DNA of 64,000 nucleotides from Fibrobacter sp. (GTDB lineage Bacteria; Fibrobacterota; Fibrobacteria; Fibrobacterales; Fibrobacteraceae): NCBI GenBank assembly GCA_017626945.1, contig JAGAHT010000024.1, positions 1,120 to 65,119 of the forward strand, read 5' to 3'. Shown piece by piece: positions 56,642 to 64,000 of this stretch (position 1 is its first letter; each line of letters starts with the position of its first letter). The notes under the pieces were generated by a model. It saw only the letters and a program-made list of their open reading frames with translations, ran no database searches and was not told where the DNA came from. The position numbers and the translations under genes were made by a program.

Positions 56642-59125
56642 TTACTTCAAGACAATGTCATGAATCAGGCATTCTTCGTTAGTAACGACATTTTCAAAGA
56701 CAAGCCTAGAGGCAACCAGTTTCTGTTCCGGAGTATAAAGCGTATTTACAATTTCGGCCAAAGGAATCTCAGAGACCATAAAATTGCCATCCATTCGGCT
56801 AGAACCTATCATTTTGCGGCCTTTTTTGAAGGAATCGAAGTAGACTCCCGTACCACTGCAAGTCCCCGGCCAATAAGTAATTTTAAGAGTCGAATAGTCT
56901 CCCATGAATTTTTCCCCATCAAGGTCAAGGTGCATTCCGCCCCCCGCTCGCCCGAACTTCAACGCTGCACCATTTCCCAGTGCATCCGAATAAGTGCAGG
57001 AACTTTGAGATTCTGTCCAAGGGACAAATTTGTATTCATTGGACGGATAAACCTGCGAGCGTACCTTTTCCGCAGGAACATTGAGACCTGCCGTAGAGAC
57101 AAATAGTTCGGGTTCATGCATGGTCACATCGGCTCCATCGGAGTTCAAGACCACCCCGAACCAATGGTAACGATCAAGCGCTCCCGGTGCCGCGGGCATA
57201 TTCCAGCGCAATACATGATACTTGCCATCCAAAGGAACATCTATTTCTTTCAGCTGAAGCTGACCACCCCCGTTCCTGCTCTTGTAGAGCATGAGTTCCG
57301 CCTTCATCCAATTTCCCTTGGATTGATTTACCTTAATTTCAACTTCAATGACAGAAGCAGACGGAATGCTCGCCCCGTTGTCATGCAGGCTCACCTTGTG
57401 CCAACCCGCAGGAACGTTGAACGAGACCAAGTCATTTAATTCAGAAGCCGTTTGATCATACATGTACCGGCTGTAGCCTGGCGCAGTCTTTTGAACTTTT
57501 CCTAGCGTACTCAAGAGATGCGGAATTTTAGACGGGTCCATACAGTTCGTGCCAGGAACGAAGTGCCCCGCCAATTTTTCGTTTCGGAAAGCCCTATACG
57601 TTGAATCATAGTCCTGATTTGCGAGTTCGCAAAGCAGGCGCCACAAGTCCACACGCATTCCATCAGCAACATTTGCATTTGATCCGTCGGGCAATTCTAC
57701 ATGACGACCACTCATCGGCTCGTTATAGCGCGGATGCGTCGGATCGACCGCGTAGGCAGCCTTGGCCGTGCTACGGTTTCCCGGATTCGTAAACGGGAAT
57801 CCGTCCGAAGTTTGATGAAACGCACATGGTTTGTCGATGGCGAGAGTTCCATCGCATTTCATATCCATCGCACTTGCCGTAGGAATAAAGGTGCTGTTTT
57901 TCTGATTAAGCTGTTTTTCGTCCCAGTTTGTGGACAACCCCACCGAGAAAAGCCCTACGCTCACCTGCATACTAGGCGGAATCGCACTTTCCATTCCGGA
58001 GAGCAAGCTGTTATACATCGTTTCCGCAAAAGGATATGTACTTCCCTGAACAAAATCGTACAAGGACGCCTGATTTTCTTGGCGTTTACGATCGTAATCC
58101 ATTTTCTTGTAGGCCCTGTTATAAGCAATTCTTGCAGAATTATCCGGAGAATACCCCATTTCGCTAATGGCGCGCCCCATTACGACCGAAGCCTTAGAAG
58201 CCGCGCGGTTCAATTTAAAATAATTTAGATTTCCTTCGACAAGATTACCCTTCAGCTGTCCCTGCGCAACCAGGACTGACGGAAAACCCTTATATTCTGC
58301 AGCCTTGCGGTATTCACCAAAAAGGAACCTTTCCGAAGATATATTCTTAAAATATTCTCTCCTTCCGTCCTTTTCAACATAGTCATACAGCAGCAAGCCG
58401 CTCGCACCAGGTCCATCAATCAAGTCCCGGAAAGCCTCCGCTTCAGCAGACCCGCCTTCTTTCGCCCAGAAATTAATCGTATAGTAAAGAGACAGTGGCA
58501 ACACAGCCCCCTGATGGGGAGAATCCAGCGAGGCATAAAGCTTTATGGGTGCATCCGTTTTCGCTCGTTTCGTATCGTAAAGATACGCTCCATAGCGTCC
58601 GAGCACCCCACCTTGGCTAATTCCCATCACGACGAAGCCCTCCTGTTTATTAACAAAATCAATAAGGCTATTATTATTCAAGAACTGGAGAAGCCTCGAG
58701 AAATCTGCCGCATTCTCTTCGAGCGAACGCCTCACCGTTTCGGGGAACTGCACTAAAATCGGCGTGTACCCCAATTCCGAAAGAATGTTGGTGAGGCCGA
58801 TTCCATTGACTTCCTTTTCAAACGCGTCTAAGGTGCGCAAACCCCTTAAGTCAAGATAAATCCCGTCCAAAATAAAGAACGGCCTATCCAAAGCAAAACC
58901 GTACTTGGCAGAACTACTCCCTTGCGGTTCGTAGACGCGGATTCGAACGTTTTGAGTCATCTGAACGTTGCAAAACGCACCAGAGGCATCGACGTACCTT
59001 GCGGTAGAAGTTTCCCTCGCACACAAGATCTGATCAGCCGATTTAGCAAACTTGACAGTATAATTTCTTGCAAAAACAGATGTAGATGCCAGCAGGCACA
59101 TAATAAGAATGCTCAGGAGCTTCAT
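56642..59125 (-). CDS. Secreted alpha/beta-hydrolase-like protein with C-terminal beta-sandwich modules
   Basis: Signal peptide; VMGISQGG nucleophile elbow; SLDSPHQGA. Confidence 0.7.
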   Translation of the reverse strand: MKLLSILIMCLLASTSVFARNYTVKFAKSADQILCARETSTARYVDASGAFCNVQMTQNVRIRVYEPQGSSSAKYGFALDRPFFILDGIYLDLRGLRTLDAFEKEVNGIGLTNILSELGYTPILVQFPETVRRSLEENAADFSRLLQFLNNNSLIDFVNKQEGFVVMGISQGGVLGRYGAYLYDTKRAKTDAPIKLYASLDSPHQGAVLPLSLYYTINFWAKEGGSAEAEAFRDLIDGPGASGLLLYDYVEKDGRREYFKNISSERFLFGEYRKAAEYKGFPSVLVAQGQLKGNLVEGNLNYFKLNRAASKASVVMGRAISEMGYSPDNSARIAYNRAYKKMDYDRKRQENQASLYDFVQGSTYPFAETMYNSLLSGMESAIPPSMQVSVGLFSVGLSTNWDEKQLNQKNSTFIPTASAMDMKCDGTLAIDKPCAFHQTSDGFPFTNPGNRSTAKAAYAVDPTHPRYNEPMSGRHVELPDGSNANVADGMRVDLWRLLCELANQDYDSTYRAFRNEKLAGHFVPGTNCMDPSKIPHLLSTLGKVQKTAPGYSRYMYDQTASELNDLVSFNVPAGWHKVSLHDNGASIPSASVIEVEIKVNQSKGNWMKAELMLYKSRNGGGQLQLKEIDVPLDGKYHVLRWNMPAAPGALDRYHWFGVVLNSDGADVTMHEPELFVSTAGLNVPAEKVRSQVYPSNEYKFVPWTESQSSCTYSDALGNGAALKFGRAGGGMHLDLDGEKFMGDYSTLKITYWPGTCSGTGVYFDSFKKGRKMIGSSRMDGNFMVSEIPLAEIVNTLYTPEQKLVASRLVFENVVTNEECLIHDIVLK

Positions 59126-60378
59126 TACTTTACCTCCACAAAGATATTCTGATTAACGGTCAATCCGCCTTCCGTCAGCTTAAGACGAATCTTCTGGAGA
59201 CCAGCCGATTCGAACTCCAACTCCATTTCACTTTTCGGTTCAAGAATCTTCCACTGGTTGCCCGACCATATTTCCACCTTGGGCAGCGTTTTCCTGTTCG
59301 TGCTCACAAAATAAGGATCGTAGAATAGTTTCAGTCTGGAGCCGCCGACATTTTCCGAAGGCAGACCCGCAAGCAGAACACGAGAATTCTTCAGCTGACT
59401 TGTTTCGCAAGCGGTATCCGCGCAAACTCGGTAAGCGTAATCCACATTGCCCACCAACAGTGGCATCCTGCGGTTATCCATTCCTGCCGCAAAGATTTCG
59501 GCTTCATAGAAAAGCGCCTTGGGATTTGCAATAGAACTGTCCTTCAGTCGATTTCTTTCAACAAAGAACATGCTACGGAACCAACCCTTGCGCGACTCCT
59601 GTGCGGTCAAGCTGTCCCTATTCACAAATGCCCCTATTTGAATATGTTCTTCTTCACTCAAGACAAACATGGCATTTGTCAAGTTCCTCAATTTAGAGCG
59701 GTCTTCTGCAGAATACTCTGCAGTTGTCTCGGAAACTTTCGACTCCATAAACTTGGGGACGCGAGCACTCTTTTCAGGAGAAATGTCGCTGAACGGATAA
59801 GCATATTCCGCATTCGGGGCGTCGGCATTTTCTCCATCCGAAATTCCACAGCTGAGGGCAATATCATCCACGAACATCGTCGTATACTGATGCGCCGGCA
59901 CATCGAAGAGACCGACCCCTACCTTTTCGACGCGGGCCTTGCCTTGGCCAAGGAGCGATTCCACCGGAGCCGTCAGGGAATAGGTACGATTCGGCTCAAG
60001 ATTGTAGAACGAAACGCCGCTGTTTCCGAAATTTCCCGCAAGCCAGACGCCGAATTTCGCCTTCTGCGTTACGCGAACCTTAAGGGAAAGGTTCCCGCCC
60101 TGGACGGTCGCAGGCAACTTATCAAGCGACAGAGCGCCCGTCCAGTCCCCCGCCTTATCCTTCATCCCGGACCAGCGAATATAAGGCGGGGTAAGCGCCT
60201 CCATTTCGCCCCAGTTGGCGCTCCATTCCGGCGCTTCCGGGAACGTCATCCCCGCGGTTTCCATCTTACCCGATTCGCCATTCTTATACAGCGAGATTTC
60301 TTGACACACTTGCGCATAACTCGAAAGGGACAATACGATCCCCATCAAGGCTGCACACCTTGACATCCTACTTTTCAT
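59125..60378 (-). CDS. Secreted hypothetical protein
   Basis: Signal peptide; coupled to the downstream gene. Confidence 0.7.
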   Translation of the reverse strand: MKSRMSRCAALMGIVLSLSSYAQVCQEISLYKNGESGKMETAGMTFPEAPEWSANWGEMEALTPPYIRWSGMKDKAGDWTGALSLDKLPATVQGGNLSLKVRVTQKAKFGVWLAGNFGNSGVSFYNLEPNRTYSLTAPVESLLGQGKARVEKVGVGLFDVPAHQYTTMFVDDIALSCGISDGENADAPNAEYAYPFSDISPEKSARVPKFMESKVSETTAEYSAEDRSKLRNLTNAMFVLSEEEHIQIGAFVNRDSLTAQESRKGWFRSMFFVERNRLKDSSIANPKALFYEAEIFAAGMDNRRMPLLVGNVDYAYRVCADTACETSQLKNSRVLLAGLPSENVGGSRLKLFYDPYFVSTNRKTLPKVEIWSGNQWKILEPKSEMELEFESAGLQKIRLKLTEGGLTVNQNIFVEVK

Positions 60379-60586
60379 AGGACCTCCAATTTTATAATGT
60401 TATCAGAACACGACGGCACCCGCCGCCATGCGTAATCTACCAAGCCATATACCAATAGAGCCTAAAAACAAAAAAAGATACACCCATGGCGTATGGATGT
60501 ATCTAATAAATTTTTTGCTCCGTCAAAAATTATAGTTAAAGAAAAAATCCTTGTAAAGAGGTTACGTCAAATTTTTTTCAAAAAAG

Positions 60587-61819
60587 TTAATTTTCAAGTT
60601 TCACCTTAAGTTCACTTATATATACGCCGTTTTCAACCTTCGTTGTATAGAAATAGCGGTCCTTATACATAAGCTCCAGCCTCTTTTGAAACGTCGCAAG
60701 CCCAAGGCCACTTGACTTGGATTTGCTCTTCCGCGGGAAGTTGCTGTTCTCGGCCCTGAAATAAAGCACATCATCCTTTTGTTCAATAAAGATATGTGCA
60801 AAGCTCTTGCCGTCGGGATTCACGCAATGCTTCATCGCGTTTTCCATCAAGGGCATCATCACGAGCGGAGCCACCTTCGTCTGCGGATTTTCCAGACGAA
60901 CTTCAAACTTCAAGTCAAAGTTCTCATCGAGCCTCAACTTTTCCAAGTCTGCATACTTTCCAAGGATTTCGACATCCTCTTTCACCGAAATGTACTGGTC
61001 CGCCGTCTGGTAGAGCATCATACGGAGCAACTGCGAAAGTTCCGTCATGCTCTTTTCGGCAAGCGACGGATCAATCCGAATCAGGCTCGTTATGTTGTTC
61101 AAGGTATTGAACAAAAAGTGCGGACTCAGTTGCTGCTTTAAAAAAGTAAGTTCATACGTCATCTCGGTACGACGTTTTTCGCGCATCACAAAAGCCCTCA
61201 TGATCGAACGGCTCGCAAAAACAATAGCAATGCAAATCAAGCATACAAAACTCAATATCAAGAAAAAACTGACTGACGTCCATATCGAAAAATGTCCCCG
61301 GACAGCCCTGAAACAATATATGGCAAAAAAGTCCGACAATGTCTCGGCAGGATTTTTGGTCATCAGGAAAACGACGAATTCCCTACAGGCGATGCCAATG
61401 ACCAAAAGCAAGGCGTTGCACAAGAAATAAGCCAAGTATTTTTTTCGGAAAAAAAGTTTCGGAACCAAGATGCGCAGGTTCACAAAAAAGATAATCATGG
61501 TCGCAAGGAGCGGCACATAGAAGCTCACCATGTTCCACAAGTCAAACTCGTTTGCCATGGGAGCCGTCGGATCAAGAATCAAAATCAGCGGGAAGATCAG
61601 GATAAAAAACCAGACCAGAATCGACACCGCATAAGACGGCACCGGATAATGCTTAATGCTTTCGTCCTCGATCAGGGCGACAATCTCGCGTTCGCCACGA
61701 TCAAACTGGGCTTCTTGCAATTCAGCAAGCCACATTCTCAGATTGCTAAAAAAGAGTTTCACTCGCTCGAGTACTGACGCGCAGCATTTTTCTTGGGAAT
61801 TTTGGTTGTCTTTTGTCAT
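60587..61819 (-). CDS. LytS-type sensor histidine kinase
   Basis: Multiple TM segments; LKQQLSPHFLFNTLNNI, LMENAMKH, SGLGLATFQKRL. Confidence 0.9.
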   Translation of the reverse strand: MTKDNQNSQEKCCASVLERVKLFFSNLRMWLAELQEAQFDRGEREIVALIEDESIKHYPVPSYAVSILVWFFILIFPLILILDPTAPMANEFDLWNMVSFYVPLLATMIIFFVNLRILVPKLFFRKKYLAYFLCNALLLVIGIACREFVVFLMTKNPAETLSDFFAIYCFRAVRGHFSIWTSVSFFLILSFVCLICIAIVFASRSIMRAFVMREKRRTEMTYELTFLKQQLSPHFLFNTLNNITSLIRIDPSLAEKSMTELSQLLRMMLYQTADQYISVKEDVEILGKYADLEKLRLDENFDLKFEVRLENPQTKVAPLVMMPLMENAMKHCVNPDGKSFAHIFIEQKDDVLYFRAENSNFPRKSKSKSSGLGLATFQKRLELMYKDRYFYTTKVENGVYISELKVKLEN

Positions 61820-62020
61820 AAAAGTGTCTCTCTGGGTACAAAAATAGCCCTTATTTGAGCCAAAAACCGCCCCTTATGACAAAAACGTGACAAAAGTGCC
61901 GTTTTCTTTGACGAAATTCACAAAAAACTTTTGCGAAGTAAAGCGTAATCTATGACACTTCAAAATAAAAAAGGAGGTAGATTTACGAACGTAAACAAAT
62001 CAACAAGCAACGAGGTAGAT

Positions 62021-62875
62021 ATGACAAAGAATACGCACGTTCGTGATGACAGGGATGTTTATTTCCAGTATCTGAACGATATTTCTAAATATCCGCTGCT
62101 TACCAAGGAACAAGAAAAAGTCCTTCTGCAGAAAGTGCGTGAAGGCAGCCGCGAAGCCATGGACCTGCTCGTCAAAAGCAACCTCCGCTTTGTGGTAAAC
62201 ATCGCCAACCTTTACAAGGGTCAGGGCCTCGACGTGAACGAGCTCATCAACGAAGGCAATATGGGCCTCATCGAAGCCGCACGCCGCTTTGACCAGAACC
62301 AGAAAATCAAGTTTATCAGCTATGCCGTTTGGTGGGTTCGTCAGAACATCACCCGCGCCATCGCAGAACGCGGCCGTCTGGTGCGCATCAGCGCCGAAAA
62401 GGAACTCGTTCTCCGCCGTTTCGCCAAGAAGGGCGGCCAGATGCACCAGGTCGTAGGTGGCGGTCTCATGCTTGACCCGAAGAGCCTCGAAGGCGTCAGC
62501 AAGTACAAGGCGAACGACATCGAAAAGATTCTGATGATGGGCAACAAGTCTACGTCGCTCGACGCCCCGGTTGGCGAAGATGGCGACATGACCCTCGGCG
62601 ACACCATTGCCGCAGCGGAATTCCGCACCGACGATCTCGCCGAACAGCACAACCGCAACAAGCTTTTTGACAAGGCGATGGACAACAGTCTCTCTGAACA
62701 GGAAAAGGAAATCATCAAGCTCTATTTCGGCTTCAAGATGGATTCCGACCTGAACCTGAAGGAAATCGCCCCGATGGTAGGCCTCTCCAAGGAACGCACC
62801 CGCCAGCTCAAGGATTCCGCCCTGGAAAAGCTCCGTAACGAGCAGCTGACCCGCGTCCTGAACGACGCCGCCTAA
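62021..62875 (+). CDS. RpoD/SigA-family (group 2/3) sigma factor
   Basis: YLNDISKYPLLT, LVKSNLRFVVNIA, EGNMGLIEAARRFD, FISYAVWWVRQ, LSKERTRQ. Confidence 0.92.
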   Translation: MTKNTHVRDDRDVYFQYLNDISKYPLLTKEQEKVLLQKVREGSREAMDLLVKSNLRFVVNIANLYKGQGLDVNELINEGNMGLIEAARRFDQNQKIKFISYAVWWVRQNITRAIAERGRLVRISAEKELVLRRFAKKGGQMHQVVGGGLMLDPKSLEGVSKYKANDIEKILMMGNKSTSLDAPVGEDGDMTLGDTIAAAEFRTDDLAEQHNRNKLFDKAMDNSLSEQEKEIIKLYFGFKMDSDLNLKEIAPMVGLSKERTRQLKDSALEKLRNEQLTRVLNDAA

Positions 62876-62907
62876 CTTTGACCTTTTTTCTCTCTCTCCT
62901 TAATATT

Positions 62908-62933
62908 AAAACCGGCCTTTTGGCCGGTTTTTT
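62908..62933 (+). terminator. Intrinsic terminator
   Basis: AAAACCGGCC-TTT-TGGCCGGTTTTTT. Confidence 0.7.
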
Positions 62934-62989
62934 CCGTTTTTCCCCGTTTGGGTCGCCCCGACAAACAAATCAAATTGTATTTTTAGGGC

Positions 62990-64000
62990 ATGAATTTCAA
63001 TATGCTGAACTTTCGCACTCTTTTTGTAGCAGGACTTTCGGCCCTGTGCCTTACGACAAGCCCTTTCGCGGCTAAAGACAAGAAGGACGCCCCAGGCGAC
63101 TTCTACAACGAAGTCTCGCGCCTGAACAAGGTGCTTTCCGAAGTCAACCGCAAGTACGTAGAAGACGTGGATCCGACCGAACTGACCGATGCCGCCCTCA
63201 ATGGCATCCGTAACATTCTGGACCCGCACACGACCGTTTTCTCCCCGAAGGACTACGAAAGCCTGAAAGTCTCGATGGAAGGAAAGTTCGGCGGCGTAGG
63301 CATTACCATCAGCCTCCGCGACAATATTCTGACCGTGATTTCGCCTTTGTCCGGCACGCCGGCCTTCCGTCTCGGCATCCGCGCCGGTGACCGCATCCGT
63401 AAAATCGACGGCAAGGACACCAAGGGCCTCACCCTCGACGAAGCCGTGAACAAGCTCCGCGGCAAGATCGGTACCGACGTGACCGTATCTATCGAACGCG
63501 AAGGCGTCCCCGACCTGATGGACTTCACCATCACCCGTGCCGAAATCATCGTGCACGCCGTGCCCTACTACGGCATGGTCAGCAAGGACATCGGTTACAT
63601 CAAGCTCGCCACCTTTAGCGACAAGACCACGAGCGACGTGGAAAACGCCCTCAGGGAGCTCCAGAAACAGGGCATGAAGAAAATCATCCTCGACATGCGC
63701 TACAACCCGGGCGGACTTCTGAACCAGGCCATCGAAATTAGCGAACTCTTCCTGAAGCAGGGCAACGTGATCGTGAGTACCCGTGGCCGCACCCAGAAGA
63801 CCGAAAGCCACGCCCGCAGGAACGGCATTGTCAAGCCCGACGTGCCCATGGTCGTCCTTTTGAATCAGGGTTCCGCCAGTGCCGCCGAAATTGTCTCGGG
63901 CGCCCTCCAGGACTGGGACCGCGCCTTGATTATCGGCAAGACGTCCTTCGGTAAGGGTTCCGTACAGACGATCTTCCCGCTGGACAACCAGGGGAACGCC
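62990..64000 (+). CDS. S41A C-terminal processing peptidase (CtpA-like), 3'-partial
   Basis: Translated by hand: LDPHT, GKFGGVGI, PDZ segment, LDMRYNPGGLL, GSASAAEIVSGALQD, SFGKGSVQ. Confidence 0.92.
   Translation, partial: MNFNMLNFRTLFVAGLSALCLTTSPFAAKDKKDAPGDFYNEVSRLNKVLSEVNRKYVEDVDPTELTDAALNGIRNILDPHTTVFSPKDYESLKVSMEGKFGGVGITISLRDNILTVISPLSGTPAFRLGIRAGDRIRKIDGKDTKGLTLDEAVNKLRGKIGTDVTVSIEREGVPDLMDFTITRAEIIVHAVPYYGMVSKDIGYIKLATFSDKTTSDVENALRELQKQGMKKIILDMRYNPGGLLNQAIEISELFLKQGNVIVSTRGRTQKTESHARRNGIVKPDVPMVVLLNQGSASAAEIVSGALQDWDRALIIGKTSFGKGSVQTIFPLDNQGNA

Overview
The window looks like a Fibrobacter-type chromosome (Fib_succ_major lipoprotein, Ser-rich linkers). Bases 1-5233 carry a PLD-helicase gene and a type IIG/Eco57I-like restriction-modification gene that runs off the left edge. 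About 5340-38841 is a contractile-tailed (myovirus-type) prophage ending at a displaced 3' fragment of a CAT-anticodon tRNA (candidate att site). It has complete head, tail, baseplate and packaging genes, but the head module is permuted: terS-terL-portal-MuF sit at the right end and DUF2213-capsid at the left. No integrase, repressor, replication gene or endolysin is recognisable inside the window. The cargo includes a ParB-dpdA-queC-queE-queD-folE 7-deazaguanine DNA-modification cluster, an orphan PLD nuclease, an AT-rich 510-aa moron and a MuF protein with a long enzyme-like C-terminus. The most striking cargo is a tRNA(CAT) gene split by a 237-nt Azoarcus-type group I intron that ends in A instead of the near-universal G, next to a free-standing GIY-YIG endonuclease. 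A 17-bp palindromic operator recurs three times in the element. From 38964 on are host genes: polyamine synthesis, nudC, tRNA-Gly(CCC) followed by hairpin cassettes showing compensatory base changes, lipoproteins, a carboxyltransferase, a sensor kinase, a sigma factor and an S41 protease. All family assignments come from motif recognition by eye; no database searches were run.
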